From assembly GCA_038207395.1 (NCBI GenBank), contig JBBQZW010000001.1, positions 142,862-206,861 on the forward strand: a stretch of DNA of 64,000 nucleotides. The letters run 5' to 3'. How positions within the stretch are numbered: the stretch's first letter is position 1; each line of letters starts with the position of its first letter. Position numbers and translations under genes: made by a program. Origin of the DNA: Minisyncoccia bacterium. GTDB taxonomy: Bacteria > Patescibacteriota > Minisyncoccia > Phycocordibacterales > Phycocordibacteraceae. This document shows positions 21,924 to 32,539 of the stretch, piece after piece. The notes beneath the pieces were generated by a model, which made no database searches, was not told the DNA's origin, and saw nothing but the letters and a program-made list of their open reading frames with translations.

Positions 21924-22208
21924 TTACAAATTCGGATATTGCTTCTTACGGAGCGGAGTATACGTCCACCACATCCTGACCTTTCCTCCATTCATAAAAT
22001 CTATTGCTGCCATGTAGGTGTCCAGCACACACGGATCCTGACGCACACCACTAATTCGGCACATCTTTTTGTAGAGCACATAGGCGTCCTTCTCTTTTAA
22101 ATCCGCGGGTGACTTTAGACCTAACTCACGAAAATCATTAGCCATTGCGGGGCCAATGTTTGGAATGTCCGTGAATTTCTGTACCTCTTTAGCCGTGCGC
22201 GCTTTCAT
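21924..22208 (-). CDS. Helix-hairpin-helix DNA-binding protein.
   Basis: It carries the HhH motif DIPNIGPAMANDFRELGL. Confidence 0.4.
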   Translation of the reverse strand: MKARTAKEVQKFTDIPNIGPAMANDFRELGLKSPADLKEKDAYVLYKKMCRISGVRQDPCVLDTYMAAIDFMNGGKVRMWWTYTPLRKKQYPNL

Positions 22209-22232
22209 AGGTATTCGTGAACGTTGTGCCGC

Positions 22233-23348
22233 TTACTGATACTGAATAAACAATGGCTGAGGCGTAAGTTTCAAAAGTTCGCTTGGAGTGAGAAGGCGCG
22301 TACTCGGAGGCTTTAGATCGTTCTTATAAAAGAGCTTGAACCCTGCGAACTGTACCGGTTGGTTAGAAACAAACTGCTTGTACGTATTTAATTTCTTAGC
22401 AGGACTTCCCCATCCATCCATATCCATAAGAACCTGCACTTCAGGAAGTGGCTTTATATTTGCGGTACCAGTCACCATATTTTGAGTGAAGCGGTGTACG
22501 ATCAACACCTTTGGGGGTAGATCATTTTTCTGCACGAGTTCTGCAAGATGTTGGGCAGCATAATTTATATCCGCTGAACTAAAGGTTCCTATAACAGTGC
22601 CGGGCTTCTCCCCACCTTTCATAGAGAATTCTGGATCAAGCGCGAGATGCACATTTGGCATCGCAAGATATTTGTCGAGCATCGGAAGTTCACGCTGAAG
22701 CGTAGAAAGCCCTACCTGCATCTCAAGGATTACAATTCCGTTTATTTGATTGGCGAGTTCCACGGCGTGATCAATCTGCGCGTCGGGCATGCGCAGCATG
22801 TAATACCCTTGCTTACCGGGACTGCTTTGCGCAGTGAGCGCAATGTAATCAATGGCCATAACGACGGGCGTAGAAGGGTCAGCGGCTTCCCACTTTGCCT
22901 TTTCAGCCTTAAGCATTGAGATCATCTGTGGAGCGGGATATTCACCAAGTACCCCCATCTTCGTGGAGTAGAAGTTACCGTAATAGGCAATGATTCGTTT
23001 GAATGGAAGTATTGCACCTGCCTTTGGGTAGGGTGCTTGAGTTGGCCAGAGACGCTTCGTGGTCGAACTCGTCGTGGACGCATAGTTCGCTACCGAAAGA
23101 AGTTTTGCATCATATGCCTTTGTATCAAGTACTGGTTTCTGTGCCACTTTTGGAAGTGAGAAGATACCGGTTGTACTGCTCGTCGCTTCTGCTTCAGCAC
23201 GCGAGTAGCGCATACCAAAAGCATCACTCCAGCCCACGAGGTAAATCATAATGAGCCACGCACCGGTTATGCCAAGAATAACGCGAATACGTCGGTCATA
23301 TGACCTCTTTGCTGACTGCTTTTTTCTTCGCGTGGGTTGAGTTGGCAT
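22233..23348 (-). CDS. Membrane-anchored hypothetical protein (possible glycoside-hydrolase-like TIM barrel).
   Basis: It has an N-terminal TM after a basic stretch, but there is no confident domain assignment. Confidence 0.4.
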   Translation of the reverse strand: MPTQPTRRKKQSAKRSYDRRIRVILGITGAWLIMIYLVGWSDAFGMRYSRAEAEATSSTTGIFSLPKVAQKPVLDTKAYDAKLLSVANYASTTSSTTKRLWPTQAPYPKAGAILPFKRIIAYYGNFYSTKMGVLGEYPAPQMISMLKAEKAKWEAADPSTPVVMAIDYIALTAQSSPGKQGYYMLRMPDAQIDHAVELANQINGIVILEMQVGLSTLQRELPMLDKYLAMPNVHLALDPEFSMKGGEKPGTVIGTFSSADINYAAQHLAELVQKNDLPPKVLIVHRFTQNMVTGTANIKPLPEVQVLMDMDGWGSPAKKLNTYKQFVSNQPVQFAGFKLFYKNDLKPPSTRLLTPSELLKLTPQPLFIQYQ

Positions 23349-23384
23349 GTGTGCGTATACGATACCACGCTTACTATGAGTTTC

Positions 23385-23912
23385 TTATGTAGCGGTACCG
23401 CTCCACTCGCTCGGAACGTGTGGAATATCGAAATACGTCTCAAAGTAGATGAGGTGGCACGTATATCCTCCGGGATTATTCTGCAAATAGTCCTGATGGT
23501 ATGACTCTGCAGGCCACCAAGCCTTAAACGCTTCAAGTGAGGTAACCACAGGATCTTTCCAGCGTTTTGAGTCATTAACGATTTTTATGAAGGCTTCTGC
23601 CTGCGCCTTTTCGTCTTCATTCTGGAAGAATATAGCTGAACGATAGGACGTTCCCATATCATTCCCCTGACGATTCATCGTCGTTGGATTATGAATGCTG
23701 AAAAAACGATCGAGGAGTTTCCAGTAGCTGGTCTTTTCATCGTCATACGTAACCTCGAGCGCTTCTGCGTGTCCGTTATGATCTCGGTACGTTGGGTTAT
23801 CATTCTGCCCACCCGTGTATCCGGTCTCCGTATCCGTTACCCCTTCGAAGTTTCGGAAGAGATCTTCAAGTCCCCAGAAACAACCACCCGCTAGATATGC
23901 TTTTTTAATCAT
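23385..23912 (-). CDS. msrA: Peptide methionine sulfoxide reductase MsrA.
   Basis: GCFWG active-site motif in a 175-aa protein. Confidence 0.9.
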   Translation of the reverse strand: MIKKAYLAGGCFWGLEDLFRNFEGVTDTETGYTGGQNDNPTYRDHNGHAEALEVTYDDEKTSYWKLLDRFFSIHNPTTMNRQGNDMGTSYRSAIFFQNEDEKAQAEAFIKIVNDSKRWKDPVVTSLEAFKAWWPAESYHQDYLQNNPGGYTCHLIYFETYFDIPHVPSEWSGTAT

Positions 23913-23921
23913 ATGAATTTG

Positions 23922-24293
23922 TTATTTACTTGGATCGCGCCACACTGCCTCTATATTGTTCCCGTCAAAATCATGGATAAAGGCACCATAGTATCCGAGA
24001 GAATACTGTGTTCGATACCCGGGAGCACCGTTATCTTTTCCTCCTGCAGCAATGCCTGCGTCATAGAAAGCCTGCACCATTTCTGGGCTACTAGCTTCAA
24101 ATGCCACGTGCACGCCCGCCGACTGCTCAACTTTTCCAAGCCAGAAGTCACTGCGGTCCCCCGTTCCATACCCGGCAGCGCCATACTCAGGAAGATCCAT
24201 CATGAGTGTGTAACCCAAAGGTGCGAGCATTGCCGTATAGAGAGGCTTTGATTTTTCGAGATCTCGAACTGCTGCTGATGCGTGATCAATCAT
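23922..24293 (-). CDS. VOC/glyoxalase family protein.
   Basis: It is a 123-aa glyoxalase-like fold sequence. Confidence 0.65.
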   Translation of the reverse strand: MIDHASAAVRDLEKSKPLYTAMLAPLGYTLMMDLPEYGAAGYGTGDRSDFWLGKVEQSAGVHVAFEASSPEMVQAFYDAGIAAGGKDNGAPGYRTQYSLGYYGAFIHDFDGNNIEAVWRDPSK

Positions 24294-24300
24294 AATTAAT

Positions 24301-24723
24301 TTATTTAAAGACTATTAGTATGGCGCCAGCAATACTAAGTATGATACCGGCGACTGACCGAGCGGTAAAAGCCTCTCCAAACACGAACGCCGCTAAGATA
24401 AGTATAAGCACTACTGACATCTTATCAATTACCGCCACCGCGCCAGCTGGGCCGAGCTTTAGTGCCGTGAAATACAGCACCCAGGACGCTGCTCCCGCAG
24501 CAGCTGAAAGCAAAATGAATAACCATGCCTTACCATCTACGGCTCCTGAGCCAAGTGCCTGGAACTTCTTTAACGCAAACCCGGCAGCCACGAGTAACCC
24601 ACCCATGACCACACCGCGAAGAATAGTGGCCAGAACCGGATCAACACTTTTAAGCCCTATCTTTCCAAAGATAGATACGAGGGCCGCACAAACGGCCGAG
24701 CCAGCAGCATAGAGCATCCACAT
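24301..24723 (-). CDS. Small DMT/EamA-like membrane transporter.
   Basis: 140 aa with four TM helices and an EamA-like pattern. Confidence 0.55.
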   Translation of the reverse strand: MWMLYAAGSAVCAALVSIFGKIGLKSVDPVLATILRGVVMGGLLVAAGFALKKFQALGSGAVDGKAWLFILLSAAAGAASWVLYFTALKLGPAGAVAVIDKMSVVLILILAAFVFGEAFTARSVAGIILSIAGAILIVFK

Positions 24724-24735
24724 GCTCTAAGTGTA

Positions 24736-25359
24736 CTACGAACTGAACGCTTCGAGTCCTTCCTCTGAAAGAGCCATCTTTACCCCTTCGCGTGAGTCCA
24801 TACGCTTCATAAAGGCCATAATATTTGTGTGTCCTGAGAGATCCATCTTGTGGGTTGTTGTCCAGCGAAGAACGGTATACAGATACGCATCAGCAGGTGT
24901 AAAGGTATTCCCTACCAAGTACTCGTGCATACCGAGCTCAGCTTCCACAAAGGCGAGTCGTGCAATAATCTTCTTTTTCTGCTCTTCCTTCTGCTCATCA
25001 GTGAACATTGAACCAAATAGCGGAGCAAAACCTTTGTGAATTTCAGAACTTACGAACGTAAGCCATTCAAGTTCACGGTAGTAATCCATACTTCCCTTTT
25101 CCGGCATGAGTGACTCAGATGACTGGTCGGCGAGGTACTGCACTATCGCAACACCTTCAGCTAATACGTCACCTGAATCGAGGCGAAGTGCTGGCACGTA
25201 TCCTCCTTTAGGATTAACGGCAAAGAAATCTTCTCCTTCAGCGGTTGTTCGCCCTTCTGCACTAAACGTTATCTTTGAAAGCTCAACAGGCACTTTTCCT
25301 TCACGAGCTACAATATGAGGTGATAATGAGCACGCGCCAGGTGAAAAATAGAGTTTCAT
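24736..25359 (-). CDS. Glutathione S-transferase.
   Basis: It has the N-terminal thioredoxin-like motif MKLYFSPGACSLSPHIV...GYVPAL.. and a GST C-terminal domain. Confidence 0.8.
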   Translation of the reverse strand: MKLYFSPGACSLSPHIVAREGKVPVELSKITFSAEGRTTAEGEDFFAVNPKGGYVPALRLDSGDVLAEGVAIVQYLADQSSESLMPEKGSMDYYRELEWLTFVSSEIHKGFAPLFGSMFTDEQKEEQKKKIIARLAFVEAELGMHEYLVGNTFTPADAYLYTVLRWTTTHKMDLSGHTNIMAFMKRMDSREGVKMALSEEGLEAFSS

Positions 25360-25421
25360 AGAATATATAAAATTAGTCGAGCTAATACCCTAACTGTACC
25401 AGTTTTAAAATATGACGGGCG

Positions 25422-25754
25422 ATGGGGATAACACTACGGGAAATACCTATGAAATTTAGTCAGTATTTGACTAGGGGTACGTATATACGTACTCTACATA
25501 CAGATCATCAGAGAGGATCGCTCATGCAAGATTCAATTGTTACTACACAGTCCTTTAACAGAGATGCTTACCTGCGGTTCCTCAATCTAGGGCCAGATGC
25601 CACCTGGTGCGCCATTGCTGCGGCTCAAACGGAGCTATATCGTCAAAGACTGGCAAAGTCGTTTAACCTTCCAGACAACGCTACGTTCAGAGAAATTCTC
25701 AGTGCGCAGGAAAGAGCACCTCCACGAAACTGTGGCCCGGTAGGAAAACAGTAA
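25422..25754 (+). CDS. Hypothetical protein.
   Basis: It is a 110-aa ORF followed by a long hairpin, with no domain call. Confidence 0.3.
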   Translation: MGITLREIPMKFSQYLTRGTYIRTLHTDHQRGSLMQDSIVTTQSFNRDAYLRFLNLGPDATWCAIAAAQTELYRQRLAKSFNLPDNATFREILSAQERAPPRNCGPVGKQ

Positions 25755-25758
25755 TCAT

Positions 25759-25812
25759 CGCCCTTCGTTAGAACGAAAACCAAACTTCGTTCTAACGAAG
25801 GGCGGTTTTCTT
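25759..25812. terminator. Long perfect inverted repeat that may act as a bidirectional terminator between convergent genes.
   Basis: CGCCCTTCGTTAGAACGAA...TTCGTTCTAACGAAGGGCG followed by a T-run. Confidence 0.65.
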
Positions 25813-25855
25813 TTATACACACCACACGTCTTTGCCTAGAACGCGTTTTCGTCCC

Positions 25856-26581
25856 TTATCCGTCCGAAGGGATACTCTTTTGCACATGCTTAATAATTGA
25901 TTGAACCTCTGGATCAGTAATTTCGCGAGGACGAGGAAGTGATACGGAAATATCTTCAGTAATACAGCCATCACTGAATACTAAAATTCGATCCGCGAGC
26001 ATCACTGCATTTTCTATATTGTGAGAAATCATAAGCATAGTAATCTTTTGCTCTTCGTGAATACGAAGTATTTCGTCCGAAAGGCGCTTTGTTGTCTCCG
26101 TATCAAGCGCAGAAAATGGCTCATCAAGGAGGAGTAGTTCCGGAGCAGATACGAGCGCGCGTGCAATCCCCACTCGCTGACGCTGACCGCCTGACAAATG
26201 ACGCGGGTACGAATCAGAACGGGATTGAATCCCAAGTTCAGTGAGTGTTTTTCTTGCCTCATGATCTTTCTGTGCCTCAGTGAGTGTTCTTCCTGTGAAT
26301 CCAATTTTCACATTATTGAGCACCGTTTCCCACGGAAGAAGAGCGCCTCCCTGAAAGATCATGCGCGTTCGCGCAGTGTTTTGTATATGTCCTTTTTGCG
26401 CAGTATCAAGTCCTGTTATGAGCCGGAGTATTGTGGATTTACCGCTTCCTGAAGGACCAACAACTACCGTGAACGAACCTGGTGAAAGGTTAAAAGAAAC
26501 ATTCTTGAGAATGGGAGGCACATGCGGCTCATACGAAAAACCAACATCACTAAAGGATAAGACTGGGGTATCTTCACTCAT
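25856..26581 (-). CDS. ABC transporter ATP-binding protein (NitT/TauT-type).
   Basis: Walker A GPSGSGKST, signature LSGGQRQRV and Walker B LLLDEP. Confidence 0.85.
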   Translation of the reverse strand: MSEDTPVLSFSDVGFSYEPHVPPILKNVSFNLSPGSFTVVVGPSGSGKSTILRLITGLDTAQKGHIQNTARTRMIFQGGALLPWETVLNNVKIGFTGRTLTEAQKDHEARKTLTELGIQSRSDSYPRHLSGGQRQRVGIARALVSAPELLLLDEPFSALDTETTKRLSDEILRIHEEQKITMLMISHNIENAVMLADRILVFSDGCITEDISVSLPRPREITDPEVQSIIKHVQKSIPSDG

Positions 26582-26583
26582 AA

Positions 26584-27405
26584 TTATTCAAATTTAAAAC
26601 GCTCAGCATACGCTAAGAGTGGCTGCCAAACGGCAATATTCAAAAGTGCTATGGCAATAACCAGCACCGTCATTGCCGCGACAAGCATTGAAGAGTCACC
26701 CGTTGAAGAAGCATGCACGAGAATACTGCCAATTCCAAAAAGATCATGCGCCGTATCTGCCTGCGGAGCATATGCACGAAGTGCCTCAGCAACGATAACA
26801 ATATTCCACCCATCTGCCACCGCTAGGATTGATCCGGTAAGAATTGCAGGAAATACGGATGGTAAAAGTACCTTACGAAGACGCTCCATACGAGTCATAC
26901 CAAACACCACCCCCACGGCTTTAACATCCTCGGGCGTTTGACGTACGCCACCGACCACACTGAAAGCAATATTCCAGACCATGGAAAAGAAGATAATAAA
27001 TATTGCCGCGCCTTCAAGAAAATTTGCCTTGAGAAAAATAATGATGATGACCGGGAAAAATGCCAGCACCGGCAAAGACTCGAGTACATCAAAGATAGGC
27101 AGAAGTGCACTTTCAACGCGACGCCCGCGCTCAGCCAAAAGGCCGAGCGCCACACCAATCACCAGTGCAAAGATGTATGCGATAAACAGGCGGAGAAACG
27201 ACGCGCCAAGTGCCGCTATAAGCGTACCTACTTTGCCCGAAATTTCGCTTGGCACAAACAACACTCCTGTCGCAAAAAACCCCGCAAATACTACTAATCC
27301 AAGCGGCAATATGAGACCGCTTCCAATGCGATGCGCCATCGTCGAAGAATGTCGCCTTCGCCCACGATGACTCCAATACGGCATTTTTGGAGAAACATCT
27401 TTCAT
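26584..27405 (-). CDS. ABC transporter permease (NitT/TauT-type).
   Basis: About 6 TM helices and an EAA-like loop. It is adjacent and co-oriented with the ATPase gene. Confidence 0.75.
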   Translation of the reverse strand: MKDVSPKMPYWSHRGRRRHSSTMAHRIGSGLILPLGLVVFAGFFATGVLFVPSEISGKVGTLIAALGASFLRLFIAYIFALVIGVALGLLAERGRRVESALLPIFDVLESLPVLAFFPVIIIIFLKANFLEGAAIFIIFFSMVWNIAFSVVGGVRQTPEDVKAVGVVFGMTRMERLRKVLLPSVFPAILTGSILAVADGWNIVIVAEALRAYAPQADTAHDLFGIGSILVHASSTGDSSMLVAAMTVLVIAIALLNIAVWQPLLAYAERFKFE

Positions 27406-27449
27406 ACCCTCAATTCTAGCACCATGCGTTCATGTGCCGCGATCCACTG

Positions 27450-27971
27450 CTATGACGTGCAGTCGTAATCAGTACCGCTAGTTATTTTTGTACTGTTTGT
27501 TGTGGTTGCATACCCAGAATTATCAATACAGAAAAAGGTGCCTGCAGTACCCTTAAGAGGAACTTGCGCTGCCCATGAGAGTGCGGTGTCGTTACAAACG
27601 GCAACGGTTCCAGAACCTGCCGCATTACGGGTAACACTACTAATGCCAGCGTTTGAAGCAGCTGCAGACACCTGGGCAAAAATACTCTTTACTCCAGCCA
27701 CAGTAACGTTTGTACATATGTTTGCATACGAATACCCATTTGAGTCGTAGAATAATTCTGATTGTGAACGAGAATTAGTGAGATTTGATTTAATAGACCC
27801 ATCAGTACCTTTTGAGCGCGCGGAGTTTAATGACGCTAATACCACCGAAGAAAGAACACCAATAATTGCGATGACCACTAGAAGTTCAATGAGAGTAAAA
27901 CCATGAACAGGGCGAGCTGATACTCGTAAGAGAGGTGAATGCTTTAGAAAACCGTACATTACATAAAGCAT
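27450..27971 (-). CDS. Type IV pilin / pseudopilin (prepilin-type N-terminal cleavage/methylation domain).
   Basis: G|FTLIELLVVIAIIGVL N-terminal methylation motif. Confidence 0.8.
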   Translation of the reverse strand: MLYVMYGFLKHSPLLRVSARPVHGFTLIELLVVIAIIGVLSSVVLASLNSARSKGTDGSIKSNLTNSRSQSELFYDSNGYSYANICTNVTVAGVKSIFAQVSAAASNAGISSVTRNAAGSGTVAVCNDTALSWAAQVPLKGTAGTFFCIDNSGYATTTNSTKITSGTDYDCTS

Positions 27972-28036
27972 ACCATCTCATTGCGCGGAGAATACGGTAT
28001 ATTTCTAGACTGTGGAAAGAATGACCCTACATGAGT

Positions 28037-29497
28037 CTACACGCCCAGATCAAGTTTCTCGTCGATACGTATTTGAGCAACAAACTCCGGTACGTGTGAG
28101 ACCAAGACCATAGCACCTTCATAGGCATCAAGTGCCTTTGCAATGACGGGAATATGACGGAAATTAATGTGGTTAGTTGGCTCATCGAGGATAAGAAGTC
28201 CTGGCTCAAGAAGCACGATGCGCGCAAAAGCAACGAGCCCCTTCTGCCCTTCGGAAAGTACGCCAATCTTTTTCCCCATAGCAGGGCCAAGCAAAAGAAA
28301 ACCGGCAGCGACAGCACGCATTTTCTCCTCATTCTTTTTTTCCATTGCGTCTAAAAGTGTCTCCATCACGGTTTTGTTGAAATCAAGCGTGGAAAAATCT
28401 TGACGGTAGTATCCCACCTTAATGCCGCGCGAAATTGTTGCGCCTGGTGCGGTCTTATTTACCAGTGACTCAAGAAGTGTTGATTTACCAATACCATTAG
28501 GGCCTGCAAGTAAGAGATGCTGTTTTTTCTTTAAGGTGATGCTCGCATTCTTCTCAACTACTTTTCGCTTTTTCGGATCCATGATGGTAAGCGAATTGAT
28601 GGTGAGAATATCTCCTACGAGTTCTGGCTGTACAGGGATAGTGAAAGGACGGATAGTCTTATCCTCACGACGCACATCCACTATTTCGTCTTCCATTTCT
28701 TCAATCTCATCACGCATTTTCTTCGCGACTACACGCATCTTTCCTCCCTTCTGTGCAAAGAAGTTAGCCTTGTCTTTATTATCCTGAATCTTCTTCTGCA
28801 GCTGAGCATTCTTTCGATTCTCACGCTCAATACGAGCGGATATTTCCTTGAGGAGGGTGAAATAGTCGCCGGTATATTGTTCGAGTTTTTGCGTGTGAAC
28901 ATCCAAATACAACACACCATCCGTAAATGAATTCAAAAATTCAGCATCATGAGAAATAACCATACACGTCTTTGGGTATTCCTTGAGGAATTCAGTCAGG
29001 TGTTCAATACCTGCAGTGTCGAGGTTATTCGTTGGTTCATCGAGCAAAAGAAGATCGGGCTCTTGAATAAGCGCGCCGGCCAAAAGAAGACGAGCCTGCT
29101 GGCCACCTGAAAAGCTTCCCACTTTCGCATCATGATCTGCATGAAGATTTACAATCTCTAAAGCTTCATCAATTCGAGGATCAATGTCATATACCTTTTT
29201 TGCAAACATTCCTTCGAAGTATTCGCGAACGGTCTTTTCACGATCTTCAGCAGTCATTGCTTGATTTGCCATAGCAATGCTGGTGCCTGGTGCAGTCACT
29301 ACCTTCCCTTCCACCGGCTCGAGCTCGTTCATGATGATTTTGAAAAGCGTGGACTTTCCTGCGCCATTTTGACCCATTAGGGTCACTTTCATACCCCGTT
29401 TTAGGGAAAATACCGATTCTTTGAGGATCGGGTAATTATGCCCGTACGTGTACGAGACATCTTCAAAACGCACGACTGATGAACCTGGCGAACTCAT
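28037..29497 (-). CDS. ABC-F family ATPase (two tandem NBDs, no TMD).
   Basis: Two Walker A sites (GQNGAGKST, GPNGIGKST), two signature motifs and an inter-domain linker. Confidence 0.8.
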   Translation of the reverse strand: MSSPGSSVVRFEDVSYTYGHNYPILKESVFSLKRGMKVTLMGQNGAGKSTLFKIIMNELEPVEGKVVTAPGTSIAMANQAMTAEDREKTVREYFEGMFAKKVYDIDPRIDEALEIVNLHADHDAKVGSFSGGQQARLLLAGALIQEPDLLLLDEPTNNLDTAGIEHLTEFLKEYPKTCMVISHDAEFLNSFTDGVLYLDVHTQKLEQYTGDYFTLLKEISARIERENRKNAQLQKKIQDNKDKANFFAQKGGKMRVVAKKMRDEIEEMEDEIVDVRREDKTIRPFTIPVQPELVGDILTINSLTIMDPKKRKVVEKNASITLKKKQHLLLAGPNGIGKSTLLESLVNKTAPGATISRGIKVGYYRQDFSTLDFNKTVMETLLDAMEKKNEEKMRAVAAGFLLLGPAMGKKIGVLSEGQKGLVAFARIVLLEPGLLILDEPTNHINFRHIPVIAKALDAYEGAMVLVSHVPEFVAQIRIDEKLDLGV

Positions 29498-29518
29498 ATA
29501 GGTACTCTACCCTAGTCT

Positions 29519-31054
29519 TTACAGACCAACAATCTCATACTCCGCTTCCTTTTTTATTTCAGTTCGAAGAGGAATTTCCTTGAGGTAGAAAGCGGTAATA
29601 AATGCAATGAGCATTATTGGTGATGCATAGAGGAATAGGTCATCAAACGAACGCGTGAAGGCATGCAGCGCAGGCGCTGCTATTTCACGCGGCAACGTAT
29701 GAAGGATGTTAATACTTGCAGCTCCCATTGCATTCGCTTTCTCAGCAAGCGCTGGGGCAAGTTCCTTAAGGTGGACCGTAAAACGTGATGCAAGCACTGC
29801 ACCAAATATCGAAGTTCCAAATGAGCTGCCCATTGATCGGAAGAATGTTACGGCAGAGGTCGCAACGCCTAGATCTTTGTAGTCAACAGCATTCTGCACC
29901 GCAAGCGTCATAACTTGCATAAAGCTTCCAATTCCTACACCGGTGATGAACATCCAAAGTGAAATGACCCACTGATTCGTATCAGTTTCAAGACCGCTTA
30001 ATAGTACTAACCCAATACCGGTAATGACGGTGCCGTAGAGCGGGAACAGACGATATGTACCCGTTTTAGAAATACGGCGTCCAGAATACACCGATGCACT
30101 TAAGAGTCCTGCTACGAGTGGAAGCATAAGCAAACCGGACTTAGTAGCAGAGTACCCGCGCACGATCTGCATATACTCGGGGAGATAGATAATGGCCGCA
30201 AACATGGCAAAACCGGAGATGAATGAGAGGAGTGAGGACACCGTAAAGACACTGTTCTTGAAAAGAGAAAGAGGCAGGATTGGTTCTACGGCATGACCTT
30301 CCCACCATATAAAGGAGTACCCAAAAAATACTCCTGCCCAGAGCAACCATATAATCTGAAGTGAATTCCAGGCGTACGTCGTACCACCCCACACGGTAAC
30401 TAAGAGGAATGAAACAACACTTATCGTAAGTAATGCAGCGCCAAGATAGTCGATCGTATGATCCCGCTTTTCCACTTTTACGTGCAATTTAAGTACGATG
30501 GCAGTAAGTGCAATGATGCCAAGGGGGATATTGATAAAGAATATCCAGCGCCATGAAAGATGGTCCGTGAAGAATCCTCCGAGTAACGGACCGATCACAC
30601 TTGATACGCCAAAAACGGCACCGATAAGTCCTTGATATTTACCACGTTCACGGGGAGAGACAACATCACCTATGGTTGCGAACACCATGGACATAAGTCC
30701 GCCGGCACCAATTCCTTGAATAGCGCGGAATGCAATGAGCTGAAGCATACTCGTTGCGAAACCTGAAAGGACTGACCCGATAAGGAATATTACAACGGCA
30801 ATAATAAGCATTCGCTTGCGTCCAAAGATATCGGAGAGCTTTCCATAGAGTGGCGTGACCACCGCACTCGTAATCAGGTATGCCGTCACGACCCATGAAA
30901 GCTGATTCAAGGCCTTGAAGTCATTTGCAATGGTTGGCAACGCTGTCGAAACAATAGTCTGATCAAGCGCAGCCAGAAGCATCGTTATCATGAGCGCACC
31001 CATGATCACGAGCACATTTTCGTGTCGCTCGGGGCCTTGGAGAGTTTGTTCCAT
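29519..31054 (-). CDS. MFS transporter, DHA2 (14-TM drug:H+ antiporter) family.
   Basis: 511 aa with 14 TM segments and the G.LSD.FGRK motif. Confidence 0.8.
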   Translation of the reverse strand: MEQTLQGPERHENVLVIMGALMITMLLAALDQTIVSTALPTIANDFKALNQLSWVVTAYLITSAVVTPLYGKLSDIFGRKRMLIIAVVIFLIGSVLSGFATSMLQLIAFRAIQGIGAGGLMSMVFATIGDVVSPRERGKYQGLIGAVFGVSSVIGPLLGGFFTDHLSWRWIFFINIPLGIIALTAIVLKLHVKVEKRDHTIDYLGAALLTISVVSFLLVTVWGGTTYAWNSLQIIWLLWAGVFFGYSFIWWEGHAVEPILPLSLFKNSVFTVSSLLSFISGFAMFAAIIYLPEYMQIVRGYSATKSGLLMLPLVAGLLSASVYSGRRISKTGTYRLFPLYGTVITGIGLVLLSGLETDTNQWVISLWMFITGVGIGSFMQVMTLAVQNAVDYKDLGVATSAVTFFRSMGSSFGTSIFGAVLASRFTVHLKELAPALAEKANAMGAASINILHTLPREIAAPALHAFTRSFDDLFLYASPIMLIAFITAFYLKEIPLRTEIKKEAEYEIVGL

Positions 31055-31121
31055 AGAGTCTTACACTCTAATGGTAATCACCTAAACAAGCAATGAAGCC
31101 GTACTTTTGACGCTTATCTCT

Positions 31122-31537
31122 TTACCCGGCAATTAAAAGACCACAGATAATTGCCGTTGCCCATCCTCCAAATGACACCGCCCCACTTATGAAAAGCGGT
31201 ATACGCTCCTTGTGAGAAAGTGAGGCAAACGAACGAGTAAGCGCAACTGCAGATAACCGCTCAATGGCATATGTATTTAGAATGAGCGCGAAGATTACAA
31301 CCATTTTTGTAATAAAGGGAGTTACAGAAAGGTATGCAGCGGCTGAAGCGTGGTACAAAAGACCTCCGGTGATTAAAAGTAACGCGAGTCCTATACTCAC
31401 TGCGGTATGTAGGAAATGTACCCGTCGAGAGTCCATCATTTCTTTCTTCCCAAGTATCCACATAAGTGCCTGCTCATCAGAATATAGAACAAGAAGCCCT
31501 GTGATGATGGCGATAATTAAATGAATAGTAACTATCA
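31122..31537 (-). CDS. Hypothetical 4-TM membrane protein. The track ORF extends to 31667, but that upstream part overlaps the next gene.
   Basis: Hydrophobic helices. The start is set at MIVTIHL to avoid overlap. Confidence 0.35.
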
Positions 31538-31539
31538 TA

Positions 31540-32001
31540 TTATTGAGAAAGCGCGCCGAGCTTATATCGTTCAAGCACGGCAGCAGGCTCAGCACTTCCA
31601 CCGTGTTGAGTGTTAAAAGCTTGTGATCCGTCCTTACCGCAGATTGAGAGAATGCCTCCCTGCCCACCCGGATGCTCTGCGATCCGTTTTGTTAGATCGT
31701 ACACATTCCCATTTATCGCTGTCCAACAACTTTTTGACGTATTATGCGATGCTATCGAGGCAAGCGTATATCCAGATACTGCAGGCGTAGTTGGCGCGGA
31801 AACTGCTGGTGACCCTGACGTCTCGATAGGCACTGAAGGACGTACAGTCGGTGTACTAGTTGCATCAGCTTGAGTTGTAGTTGCTAATGAATAGCTCGCA
31901 GGAGCGCTTTGAATATTCGTTTGAATGGAGCTGTATAGGTAGCCTCCAGCAAGGATAACGAGGAAGAGTGCGAGCAGAGATAGGGTGGTCTTCATATACA
32001 A
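31540..32001 (-). CDS. Membrane-anchored cytochrome b5-like heme-binding domain protein.
   Basis: An N-terminal TM segment, a Ser/Thr/Pro-rich linker, and the HPGG motif (IAEHPGGQGG). Confidence 0.65.
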   Translation of the reverse strand: MYMKTTLSLLALFLVILAGGYLYSSIQTNIQSAPASYSLATTTQADATSTPTVRPSVPIETSGSPAVSAPTTPAVSGYTLASIASHNTSKSCWTAINGNVYDLTKRIAEHPGGQGGILSICGKDGSQAFNTQHGGSAEPAAVLERYKLGALSQ

Positions 32002-32539
32002 GAGTGCGCTTTTGAGAACAGTATTATTTCATCATTGTACACGAAAGGCTTTTACTACTGGTATGCTTAGTGCTATGAACCCTACCATCCCCAAAGAAGA
32101 GGCACATACGTTTCTTACTAGTAACGACATAGGGGCTCTCGCAACGACAAGTTCAGACGGAATGCCTCACGTACGGCTCGTATACTACGCCGCTGATGCT
32201 GATTTCTCTATTTACTTCCTATCCCTCGCAAACACCCGTAAAGCTGATGATATTCAAAATGGATCAAAGGCAGCGTTTGTGGTTACAGGAAATGATCGCC
32301 ACCACACCCTTCAGATTGAAGGAATCTTTGAGGAAATGACCGACACGGCGATTTTTGGTCCAATGATTAGCTCCCTTACTGCTCATTTGTTCCCTAAGGG
32401 AGAATCTTCTGCACCCATAACGCACTTAGATACAGCAAAGCCAGTATTCTTTAAAATTAGTCCGACGTGGATTCGCTGGGGTGACTTCACGCATGGAGCG
32501 AAAAACAGCGAAGTTCTTCATACTATTAACCCTTCCTAA
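31985..32539 (+). CDS. Pyridoxamine 5'-phosphate oxidase-like (FMN-binding split-barrel) family protein. The probable start is the Met at 32063.
   Basis: PNPOx-like pattern ...DIGALATTSSDGMPHVRLVYYAADA... Confidence 0.55.
   Translation: MVFIYKSALLRTVLFHHCTRKAFTTGMLSAMNPTIPKEEAHTFLTSNDIGALATTSSDGMPHVRLVYYAADADFSIYFLSLANTRKADDIQNGSKAAFVVTGNDRHHTLQIEGIFEEMTDTAIFGPMISSLTAHLFPKGESSAPITHLDTAKPVFFKISPTWIRWGDFTHGAKNSEVLHTINPS

Noticed and set aside
26938-27370. Plus-strand ORFs of 119 and 129 aa inside the ABC permease gene
   Set aside because: They are antisense to a well-supported permease, show basic low-complexity translations, and have no RBS.
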